Origin: Eledone cirrhosa
Taxonomy: Eukaryota
Length of the DNA: 64,000 bases
NCBI GenBank assembly: GCA_964016885.1
Contig: OZ024742.1
Location: 13,144,001-13,208,000, forward strand
Direction of reading: 5' to 3'
Within the stretch, counting starts at the first letter, position 1. Each line of letters begins with the position of its first letter. A program made the translations under genes and the position numbers. Shown here one piece after another: positions 1 through 11,159 of the stretch. The notes beneath the pieces are model-generated. The model was not told the origin of the DNA. It did no database searches and saw only the letters and a list, made by a program, of their open reading frames with translations.

Positions 1-1860
1 AGAAGCACCCTACATAAAACTTTCCCTACGACAGAAAGCAATGATATACCTCTGTAGTTCCCACAATCGTTCCTGTTACCCTTTCCCTTGTACAAGTCCA
101 CCATTACTGCATCTCTCCAGTCCTCAGGTACGGATTCATTAGCCCATATCCTGCCAAACAAAGAATGAAGATGTTGCAGGAGTCTCTCAAAACCATATTG
201 TAGGAGCTCAGCATGTATGCTATCCATACCTGGAGATCTTCCACTGTTCAGCTTCGAAATAGCCACTGCAACCTCCACAAGCGTCGAAGGTTCTGCAAGA
301 GCTACTTTCACAGGACTTTCTGGAATGAGATTCAGGAAATCTTCACTGACGACAGACGGCTGATTCAAAAGATCATCAAAGTGCTCTCGCCACCTTCGTA
401 GAATTCCTTGTGAGTCACGAAGAAGTTCTTTGCCATCCCTGCTGCGAAGCGGTGTCATCAGAGAAGAAGACGGTCCATAAACCTCACGCAAGAGACTGTA
501 CAACAGCTTTGTGTTATTGGAATCAGACGCAGTTTGTATCTCACCAGCCTTCTCACTCCACTACTGATCCTTCATCTGAGAAAGACTCCGCCTAACACGT
601 GATTTTACATCCCTGAGTTCCTCATGCAACGTATTCCTCTCCTGTGGTTTTGCCGTCAAGTAGCGTTACAGAGCACGCCTCTTATCAGCCAACAAGTCTT
701 CTATATGTACATCATTCTCATTAAACCAGTCCTGATGTTTCCTCTGCGCCAATCCCAGAACACGCCTGCCTACATCATAAACCGACTTTTTAAGGGTCGG
801 CCAATCCTCACCAACATCTGCAGCCTGCATCTCTTCTTCCAATGTCCTATTCACATGTTTATCCTTAAGACGAGCAGCATTCAATCTTTTGGGCAGGGTA
901 ACACCAGGAACCCGGATTTTACGTTTAGTGATTAGTTTCAGTTTTGCGCGTACCAGGCGGTGGTCCGTCCAGCACTCAGTTCCACGAAGAACACGAACAC
1001 ACTGCACATCCTGTCTGTCACGCATCCTGACTAGGACGTAGTCCAAAAGATGCCATTCCTTAGATGCAGGATGCATCCATGTGGTCTTGAATTTGTTCTT
1101 TTGTTGGAACATGGTGTTGGTAACACACAGATCCAGCTCCTCACACATCTGCAGCAGGAGCATACCATTGCTGTTACACTTTCCCAGCCCATGCCTTCCG
1201 ATTACATTCCATGTGTTAAAATCCCTACCCACTCTAGCATTAAAGTCACCAAGCACGATGACTTTGTCTGCCTGAGGGATATTTCTTAAAACACCTTTCA
1301 AGGCATGGTAAAAGGACACCTTTTCCTCATCGACAGAACTCATAGTTGGAGCATACACACTCACCAGGGTAGCATATCTTCCCTTGTCCAGCGGAACTCT
1401 CATGGACATAAGACGCTCACTAATCCCTACTGGGAATTCTTCTAATTTGTTCACAAGCACAGTCTTAACAGCAAATCCTACCCCAGCCTCTCTTCTGGTT
1501 CCTTCATCTCTTCCTTTCCAGAAGAATGTATATTCTCCACAAAATTCCGTAAGATGACCATCTCCAGCTAGCCTCGTCTCAGATAAAGCCACGATGTCAA
1601 GATCGTAACGTCGAAGCTCCTTTGCAAAAAGATCGGTCCTTCGTTCAGGACGCCCCAAGGAATCCCTGTCAAGCAGCGTCCGTACGTTCCAGCAGCCAAG
1701 ACTAAATGCCTTGTTTGGCTCTATTACAATGGCACGATGACGAGCGGGCCCAGGCTGTGATAACCTGGGTCCCCTGCCCTTATTGCCAATGATCTTTTTT
1801 GTTCCAGAACCTAAATTGCCAATTATCTCTTTTATATTGTTCTGAACATCATTGAATTGG
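1..1860 (-). mobile_element. RTE-clade (BovB-like) LINE, inactivated; APE endonuclease plus start of RT, running off the window edge
   Basis: ORF 666..1901 has APE motifs (GCWNVRTL, ALSETR, GVGF, SVYAPT, LGDFNARVG, LDYVLV, TDH). The same frame continues through in-frame stops (MKDQ*WSEKAGEIQ...EVYGP). Bases ~1-135 read VPEDWRDAVMVDLYKGKGNRNDCGNYRGISLLSVVGK, the start of RT. Confidence 0.93.
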
Positions 1861-1920
1861 AAAAAAAAAAAAAAAAAAAAAAGTAATAATAATAGTAACA
1901 ATAATAATAATAATAATAAT

Positions 1921-2224
1921 AGTACACTATCAACAATTATTAATGCACTCGTGCAATGCCTGTGCGTGACAAATATTTTTAAAGTGAGGAAAGACTGTGC
2001 ACTGAGCCAATCCCACTCTCTGAGCGACAGTAGCTATAACCCGAAAAGAAGAAAAGATCAACATCATCGGTAACTACTGAGCCGCAGGTTTTATGTCGGA
2101 GTTAACCCAGTTTCCTGAGATGCCTTCTCCTAGAAGAATGCCCTGACAAGGGCTAGGGGTTCTTCACTCCCAGTGGTTTAACTGCGCGATCGGGCATCCA
2201 GCCCTATTATTTCTGTCCCCACGC
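1921..2224 (-). mobile_element. Short RTE-leader-derived element, divergent relative of the 6322-6880 element, ending in (ATT)n
   Basis: Contains the RTE 5'-leader-type motif CCTAGCCCTTGTCAGGGC...CTAGGAGAAGG. It is collinear with 6532-6735 (shared ATGATGTTGA, GAGAGTGGGA, GCACAGGCATTGC, AATAATTGT). Confidence 0.7.
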
Positions 2225-2313
2225 AAAAAAAATAAATAAATAAATACATACATACATACATACATACATACATACATACATACATACATACATACATACA
2301 TACATACATACAT

Positions 2314-5014
2314 AAGTTAGAGAGACGATTTGGAGATACAAAATTTAAAACTTTGAACTCCAAATTACACCAGTTGAAACAACAACTCACAGCTACAACA
2401 GAAAGACTAAAATATAAGGCAACAGCACATAAACAACAAGTGCTAAATAGATTGTTTGCCAGAGATCCTAAATCAGTTTATCGCAGCTTCGGTGGCAAAA
2501 GCTCAATTCCTGTAAATGACACCCCTTCAAAAGAACAGGTTCAGAGCTACTGGAGATCTGTATGGGAAACGGATGACGGATTCAACAGACAAACTAATTG
2601 GCTAAAAGAACTGGAACAGGACTACTGCCAACATGTCCAGACAAAACAATATGACATAGATGGGTCAATACTGGAAACAGCTCTGCAGAAAATGTCGAAT
2701 AGGAAATCGCCAGGCCCAGACCTCATTACAGGATACTGGTTGAAGAATTTCACTTTCTATCGGCAAGATCTCATACGGCTGTTTACAGAAAACATTAAAG
2801 GCACACAAGAACTGCCCAGATGGTTATCAACTGCCACTACTCTCCTCATTCCCAAAAATAGCCAAACCACCCTTGCTAAAAATTACCGCCCAATAGCCTG
2901 CCAAAACATCATGTATAAATTATATACTGGGTGCCTTAACCTGTTCTTACAGGATCACTGTGCTACCAACAACATCATAACACCTGAGCAAGCTGGTGGA
3001 AAGAGGGAGGTGTGGGGTTGCATAGATCACCTACTAACTAACAAAATGATTCAGGAAAAAACAACAAAGAATCGCAGAAACATGACTGTGGGATGGCTGG
3101 ACTATCAAAAAGCATTTGATAGTGTGCCTCATGGGTGGATTATTAAGGCTTTACAGTTAGCCAAAGTCCCACAACCATTGGTAGCTGCTGTTGAACGCCT
3201 GACCAAGAACTGGTACACCAATTTGATCCTTAGAGGTGAGAAGGAGCAAGTTAAGACTGATAAGATACATTACCAGAAGGGCATCTTTCAGGGTGATAGC
3301 TTGTCAGTGCTACTCTTCGTTCTCTCACTGAATCCACTATCTTACCTACTCAGGAAACAAGGTGGACAAAGAAGTGGGTCCAGAAGTATCTCCCATCTTT
3401 TCTTTGTTGATGACCTGAAGTTGTATGGGCCAAATATCAATGACATCAAGAAACAATTGGACCTCATTACACAATTTTCAACCGACATCAAAATGAAATT
3501 TGGTGAGTCAAGTGTGCATATTTGGCAGTAAAACGTGGAAGAGCTGTGCCCTCCTCTAGAAATCTAGAGATGAACGGCCTGACAATACAACCTCTACAGT
3601 CAGGTGACAACTACAGATATCTTGGACAGGATGAGAATGTCAGATATGATGGACCCATAAATAAGGAGAGAACCAGAACTGAATACCTCAGAAGAGTAAA
3701 GAAAATATGGTCATCAGAACTGTCAGCGTACAACAAATACATTGCCCACAATACTTATGCTGTGCCGATTCAAACGCCAACATTTGGCCTGCTGAACTGG
3801 TCATTGCAAGAACTAAGTGAGATGGATGTTAGAACTCGCAAACTTCTCAGTGTTACTGGGAACTTTAACACCAATGGTGATGTGGATAGGCTATACTTCT
3901 CACGCAAGGAAGGTGGCCGGGGTCTAAAATCAATATTAACAACATATGAGACCCGGATAGTAACACTGAAGTAACACCTTCAACAGAGGAAAAAGGTTGG
4001 CAACCATCTTGCCCAGGTTTATGAGCATGAAAAAAAAAATATCATTAGAATAGCGACTGATCTGGAGGAGAGATATGGAATAAAGCCTGATATAAATCTC
4101 TCATCCAGAGAAATCGGAAGATTCTAATCAATGTTCAAACAAGATAAAAGAATTGACCAATTTACAGAAAAAGTTGTGCATGGATACTTAAGACGTAAAA
4201 CACAGACCATAGAGGGGATAAACTACTCAAAAAACCTGGCATGGAGTTCCGACAAGTTTATGACATCACACCTTGAGGGATATCTCTATGCAATACAGGA
4301 ACAAGAACTCCCTACCAAATATCTGCTGCACAAAAGAGGAGGGCCAGCAGCTGACAATAAATGTAGGCTATGTAAAACAAAGATCGAGGATGTAAGCCAC
4401 ATTGTTGCCAGCTGCGAAAGAATGTCATCTCGCTACTACCTCCCCATGAGACACGATGGGATAGCTAGAACCATCTGGAACGCACTTCGGAAAACAAAAT
4501 TAACAACAAACGAGGAAGAATATATTGAGACAGATGGCACTAAGGAATACTGGTGGAACCTGAAAATAAAAACTGCCACCAAATTAAAGCACAACCGGCC
4601 TGATATTGTTGTTTGGGACCACACATTGAAAACGTGTTCTGTTGTGGAGATCAGCTGCCCACTTGTGGTAAACGTTGTCAGAAAAATACAGGAGAAGGAG
4701 GACATCTACGGACCATTGTTGAGGAGTTTACAAATCCAGTATCCAAGATACACCTCTAGCTTCATACCCATCATTATTGGTGCTACGGGTTATATACCAA
4801 CCCGCTTGGACCAAAGTATGACTGAACTTGGATTTGCGGACAAAAAGCGCAACTCCCTAATTCATAGTCTACAAATGGCTGCGATAGCTGGCACCTTCAA
4901 AATTTTAAAACATGCTTGCGATTCAAGGGATGACAATTTGTTTTCTTTTACAACCTTGCCACCAGGAAGGTGGCCGGTCAAAAAAAATGTACTTGAAATT
5001 AAGAGAAAGAGATA
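2314..5014 (+). mobile_element. R4/Dong-clade non-LTR retrotransposon, lineage A, copy 1 (5'-truncated, frameshifted)
   Basis: ORFs 2353..3531, 3522..3974 and 4131..5015 carry KSPGPD, NYRPIAC, DYQKAFDSVPH, GIFQGDSLS, FVDDLK, EGGRGL, CCHC knuckle CRLC..HIVASC, RHD and REL motif RPDIVVWD..VEISCP. Preceded by (CATA)n and followed by ACATACAT. Confidence 0.93.
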
Positions 5015-5092
5015 ACATACATATCAGAATGAAAGGTTGGAAACTCTCAAATTAGACAAATTTTGATATATTATTGTTATTTACTATCATTA

Positions 5093-5217
5093 CGATCTGA
5101 GTTCAAATCCCGCCGAGGTTGACTTTGCCTTTCATCCTTACGGGGTCGATAAAATAAAGTACCAGTAATACACTGGGATAATTGCTGGCCTTGTGCCAAA
5201 CGTAGAAACAATTATTA
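5093..5217 (+). mobile_element. tRNA-derived SINE, 5'-truncated (family S1)
   Basis: B-box GAGTTCAAATCC, core GACTTTGCCTTTCATCCTTACGGGGTCGATAAAATAAAGTACCAG and 3' end GGCCTTGTGCCAAA..TAGAAAC. About ten related copies occur in the window. From memory the core resembles the Meta-SINE domain (unverified). Confidence 0.85.
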
Positions 5218-5221
5218 TCAT

Positions 5222-5495
5222 GGCTGTTGTTGTTGTTACTGTTGCTACTGTCATTGCTGTTGCTGCTGTCGTTGGTGTTGTTGCTGTCATTGTTGTTGTT
5301 GTTGTTGTTGTTGCTGTCATTACTGTCATTGCTGTTGTTGTTGTTGTTGCTGTCATTACTGTCATTGATGTTGTTGTTGTTGCTGTTGTTGCTGTTGTTG
5401 TTGTTGCTATTGTTGCTGTTGTTACTGTTGTTGCTCTTGTTGCTGTCATTGCTGTTGTTGTTGTTGTTGTTGTTACTGTTGTTGCTGTTGTTGCT
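5222..5495. repeat. Degenerate (GTT)n/(GCTGTT)n microsatellite
   Basis: Seen directly; it produces the poly-V/L/T ORFs. Confidence 0.95.
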
Positions 5496-5882
5496 TTTTT
5501 GTCTGTTTGTGTTGTTATCAATCCAAAAGAATTATTAGTAAATTTCCTTCCTCCTTTCGTAAGAGTTCAGCATAAAAAGCCACCATTTTGTTTAGTCTTA
5601 TATTTCTTTATCCTGCAACATATTAATGGCCTCCTATATACATTTATAAGTTTTCTCTCTTATTTCTTTACCATTTTCATAGTAATCAACCTTAATTTGA
5701 AATACGTGTTCTTATTTACTACTAAGTGTGATGCTTTGTTCTATGTCGAACATGGCTTCTGTTGTGTCGCATATTTTTATTGTTTTCGGAGCGTGACTGT
5801 ATTTTGGAATGTTTTTGTTTTCTTTCCTTTTCCTATATAAATTAATGTTTCGCGGAAGTTAGACAATTCTTCTTATTATCCA

Positions 5883-5967
<85 letters not shown>

Positions 5968-6164
5968 TTCTATTCGTAAATATACAGCAAACTTAATGAT
6001 TATTAACATACATATATTCATATAAACATACATACATACATACATTTATACATATATACATACATACATTTATACATACATACATACATACATACATACA
6101 TACATACATACAAGCATACATGCATACATACATGCATGCATACATACATGCGTACATACATACA

Positions 6165-6241
6165 CGGTGACTGCCAACTCGTTTTCGTGTACGGCCACTA
6201 CTTTATATCCATGTAGGAGAACCCCTACCGATGCGCTGAAC
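6165..6241 (-). mobile_element. 3' fragment of the bipartite RTE-derived element with (TGTA)n tail
   Basis: Matches 6322-6398 (GCCAACTCGTTTTCG..GGCCACTACTTTATATCCATGTAGGAGAA..CCTACCGATGCGCTGAAC). Flanked by (CATA)n-like tracts. Confidence 0.85.
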
Positions 6242-6321
6242 ATGCAATCATATAGACATACATGCATACACACATACATACGTGCATACATACATACATG
6301 AATACACACATACATACATAC

Positions 6322-6880
6322 ATGGTGGCTGCCAACTCGTTTTCGAGTATGGCCACTACTTTATATCCATGTAGGAGAACTCCTACCGATGCGCTGAACG
6401 AATGTGACTTTAGTCCAGCCAACGACTTGAAAACTCTGGTACAAACACTACACTTGTGACAATTATTGACACATAGTGCTAGGCCCATGGTACCATGTGA
6501 CGACAAGTGCAGAGAGATCTCCAGATACAAAGCAATGCCTGTGCCGTGAAGCTTTTATAGTGAGCAAAGGCACTGCACAAAGCCAGTCCCACTCTCTTAA
6601 CCAAGATGATATTTACCAAAAGGAAGAACAAGTCAACATCATTGGATACCATCAGGGTTGCAGGTGTTATATCAGAGTTTTCCTTCTCCTAGAATTCTGC
6701 CTTGACAAAGGCTAAGGGGTCATCTCTCCTGGTGATTTTGGATGGCCATTGACTCTTAAGAGCTCCTTTGCCCTTTGACAGGTTTTGTTTTTAGTCCTGC
6801 AGGATGTCCAAAGTCACCCTCCTCACCAAGAAACCTTAGTGGGGTTGCCAGTTTAGTCGCCAACGACCCGACCATGGGAC
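6322..6880 (-). mobile_element. Bipartite non-autonomous RTE derivative (~560 bp): 5' leader fused to 3' end, (TGTA)n tail
   Basis: 5' part has TAGCCTTTGTCAAGGC..CTAGGAGAAGGAAAACTCTGA. 3' part encodes a C2H2-like remnant CSVCTRVFKSLAGLKSH, as seen at RTE ORF C-termini, then hairpin CTCG-AAAA-CGAG and CACCA(TGTA)n. Confidence 0.8.
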
Positions 6881-6951
6881 ATACATACATACATACATAC
6901 ATACATACATACATACATACATACATACATACATACATACATACATACATA

Positions 6952-7489
6952 CATGGTGGCTGTCAACTCGTTTTCGAGTACGGCCACTACTTTATATCCA
7001 TGTAGGAGAACCCCTACCGATGCGCTGCACGAGTGTGACGTTTTAGTCCAGCCAGCGACTTGAAAACTCTGGTACAAACACTACATTTGTGACAATTATT
7101 GATACATAGTGCTGGGCTCATGGTACCATGTGACGACAAGTGCAGAGAGATCTCCAGATATAAAGCAATGCCTGTGCCGTGAAGCTTTTATAGTGAGCAA
7201 AGGCACTGCACAAAGTCAGTCCCACTCTCTTAACCAAGATGATATTTACCAAAAAAGAAGAACAAGTCAACATCATTGGATACCATCAGGGTTGCAGGTG
7301 TTATATCTCATGGTCGGGTCGTTGGCAACTAAACTGGCAACCCCACCAAGGTTTCTTGGTGAGGAGGGTGACTTTGGACATCCTGCAGGACCAAAAACAA
7401 AACCTGTCAAAGAGTCAATGGCCATCCAAAATCACCGGGAGAGATGACCCCTTAGCCTTTGTCAAAGCAGAATTCTAGGGGAAGGAAAA
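6952..7489 (-). mobile_element. Second copy of the bipartite RTE derivative with an inverted 5' segment
   Basis: 6952-7307 matches ~6322-6673 in the same orientation. 7309-7489 is the reverse complement of ~6678-6876. Confidence 0.85.
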
Positions 7490-7571
7490 AAACATACATA
7501 CATACATACATACATACATACATACATACATACATACATACATACATACATACATACATACATACATACAT

Positions 7572-8600
7572 AGGAAAAAGGTTGGCAACCATCTTGCCCA
7601 GGTTTATGACCATGAAAAAAGAAATATCATTAGAATAGCGACTGATCTGTAGGAGAGATATGGAATAAAGCCTGATATAAATCTCTCACCCAGAGAAATC
7701 GGAAGATCCTATTCAATGTTCAAACAAGATAAAAAAATTGACCAATTTACAGAAAAAGTTGTGCATGGATACTTGAGGTGTAAAACACAGACCATAGAGG
7801 GGATAAACCACTCAAAAAGCCTGGCATGGAGTTCCGACAAGTTTATGACATCACACCTTGAGGGATATCTCTATGCAATACAGGAACAAGAACTCCCTAC
7901 CAAATATCTGCTGCACAAAAGAGGCGGGCCAGCAGCTGACAATAAATGTAGGCTATGTAAAACAAAGATCGAGGATGTAAGCCACATTGTTGCCAGCTGC
8001 GAAAGAATGTCATCTCGCTACTACCTCCCCATGAGACACGATGGGATAGCTAGAACCATCTGGAACGCACTTCGGAAAACAAAATTAACAACAAACGAGG
8101 AAGAATATATTGAGACAGATGGCACTAAGGAATACTGGTGGAACCTGAAAATAAAAACTGCCACCAAATTAAAGCACAACCGGCCTGATATTGTAGTTTG
8201 GGACCACACATTGAAAACGTGTTCTGTTGTGGAGATCAGCTGCCCACTTGTGGTAAACGTTGTCAGAAAAATACAGGAGAAGGAGGACATCTACGGACCA
8301 TTGATGAGGAGTTTACAAATCCAGTATCCAAGATACACCTTTAGCTTCATACCCATCATTATTGGTGCTACGGGTTATATACCAACCCGCTTGGACCAAA
8401 GTATGACTGAACTTGGATTTGCGGACAAAAAGCGCAGCTCCCTAATTCATAGTCTACAAATGGCTGCGATAGCTGGCACCTTCAAATTTGCAAAACATTC
8501 TTGCGATTCAAGGGATGACAATTTCTTTTCTTTTACAACCTTGCCACCAGGAAGGTGGCCGGTCAAAAAAATATGCTCGAAATTAAGAGAAAGAGAAAAC
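7572..8600 (+). mobile_element. R4/Dong-clade lineage A, copy 2 (3' ~1 kb)
   Basis: Near-identical to 3987-5014 (ORF 7716..8762, CCHC + REL). (CATA)n lies directly upstream and ATACATACATAC directly downstream. Confidence 0.93.
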
Positions 8601-9496
8601 ATACATACATACATATATACATATAACACAGTCAACGCGATCAGTCGCATATTTTGGCGTGGGAGACTATTTATTAAATTTAAGATGAATACTATCTCCG
8701 GCAGTAATGCCACAATTACAGTTATGTTGAATAACTGGTTTTCTTCTAACTGTATCTTCTAAGAAACCTTTTATTCGAATTCGTAGAGATATTCGACTAA
8801 ATACATAATTCATTTTACAAGGATTTGCTACAAACAGCATGGCTGAACACAACATCAACAAAATTAAGGAGGTATCGAAAGGTAAACAAACTTTATTCAG
8901 TTGTAGCTACAAAAGAAACCGAAATTATAAATCACATTTCTCTTGGACTTGCGAACTTAATGATGATTTATTTAATTGTTATAAAATGGCAAAAAACAAT
9001 CCCTCCATTGGCTATATGAATAAAATGAAGCTACACTGGGACGAAATGCACCTAGAGCTAAATTACGCCAACAAGCGCCAACAAGCGACGTTTGTTGAAC
9101 GTAAAAATGAGATAAATATTATTAATTATAAGTCCCCCACAACACATGGGATCAACAACACGTGCTACAGGTCGCCATGCTACTAGACTTCCTAGCAGCT
9201 AGGTTGAACAGCGCCTTGAAACAACTATGCCTGTAAGAAACTTGACACCGCCTGTACCATCTAAGTCTACCCTCGAATGCTGGGAAAACACTATCGATAA
9301 TAATAATAATGGAAGAAATTTGACACCACGTGTACCATCCGAGTCTACCTCAACTGTTGTGGAAAATACTATCGATAATGATAATAATCAAAAGTATAAA
9401 CAATTGAAAATTTCCCTCAACGAAATCTTCCAGAGAGAAATGAATTGATGTATAAATATCTCTCTTGCTGAACGTATTAAAACGACACCCTTGCCA

Positions 9497-9613
9497 TTCT
9501 GAGTTCAAATTCCGCCGAGGTTAACTTTGCCTTTCATCCTTACGGGGTCGATAAAATAAAGTACCAGTAATGCACTGGGTAATTGCTGGCCTTGTGCCAA
9601 AAGTAGAAACAAA
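9497..9613 (+). mobile_element. SINE family S1, 5'-truncated, nested in R4 lineage B
   Basis: Same B-box, core and 3' end as 5093-5217. Confidence 0.85.
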
Positions 9614-11159
9614 TATTTAATAAAAAACAAATAATGAATTATTACGTGTTATTGGCGAAATAGGGGATGAATATTTACGACGGATATTTACAACATTTTG
9701 GCAAATCAACGCCTGTTTATATGCCTTAGCAACGACAGTGAAGCATTATCTTGGTGATAGCAGAGATATTAACAGAGAGTACCCTTGAGACTATGATAGG
9801 AAAACTCCAAGATAAGAAAACACCAGGAAGAGACTTGATTGTCGGCTACTGGTACAAAAAACTGAAATTCTATCGGAGGTATCTTACTGACCTCTACCAA
9901 CAAGTTCTTAAGGGAGATACACTTATACCAGAATGGTTGAAATTAGCACAAACATTACTGGTCCCCAAGAACAAAGACACCCACTTGGCAAAAAACTACC
10001 GACCCATTGCATGCCACAACCTGATGTATAAGATGTATACAGCCTGCCTGAACCTATTCCTCCAAGATCACTGTGAAAATAATAACATCATCACAGATGA
10101 ACAAGCAGCTGGAAAGAAAGGGGTTTGGAGATGTATTGAACAACTCCTAATCAACAAAACTGCGATGTCGGACGTGCGAGAACTTAGGAGGAATATGGCT
10201 ACAGTCTGGCTGGACTACAGGAAAGCTTTCGATTCTGTTCCCCACTCTTGGATGATAGAGGCCCTCCAACTTGCTAAAGTCCCAGACATTATTGTCAGAG
10301 CAATAGAGAAGCTATCTTCTTCTTGGGCTACCATCCTAAGGTTAAAGACAGAGAGGGAGGACTCTATTTTCACTGATAAAATAAAATATCACAGGAGTAT
10401 ATTTCTGGGAGACAGTCTCTCTATGATATTGTTCATCTTGTCATTAAACCCCTTGTCCTTTCTGCTCAAGAAATGTGAGGGATACATCATTGGCTCACAG
10501 GAGGACAGAAATACGAACCTAACTCATAATTTCTTGGTGGACAATCTGAAACTATGCCAAGATCATGGATGGGATGAAGAAAATCTTGACCTGGTTACAA
10601 CGTTCTCAAAGGATATCGGAATGGAGTTTGGCCAAGATAAATGCTCATACATGACTCTAAAGCGGGGAAAACAAAAACCCAATCTAGCAACATTGTCATC
10701 AATGGCCTAACTGTTTCGCCAATAATCTGATGATGACTGCTACAGATACCTGGGGATAGATGAGAACATATCCTATAATGGTATCTGTAATAAGGAACGC
10801 GTAACCAGGGAATACTACACCCGATTAAGAAAGATTCGGTCATCGGAACTCTCTGCGCAAAACAAAACAGTGGCTCACAATGTGTTTGCTGTGCCTGTCC
10901 TAACACCAACGTTTGGAATACTCAATTCGACGATAGACGAAATCCGAGCCGTTGATGTTGGAACTCGAAAAATAGTAAACAACACCGGAAACTTCCACAT
11001 CAACAGTGACATAGACCGCCTTTACTTGAAACATAAGCAGGGAGGCAGAGGCCTAACATCAGTCCAGACAGCATTTGAATGTCCCATCATATCCCTCCGA
11101 CAACTTCTACGAACCTCGAAGCGTAGGAGCCTGTCTCTCGAGCAAGTCTATCTGCATGA

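Noticed and set aside
5138-5840. Overlapping poly-V, poly-L and poly-T ORFs
   Set aside because: They are translations of the (GTT)n microsatellite.
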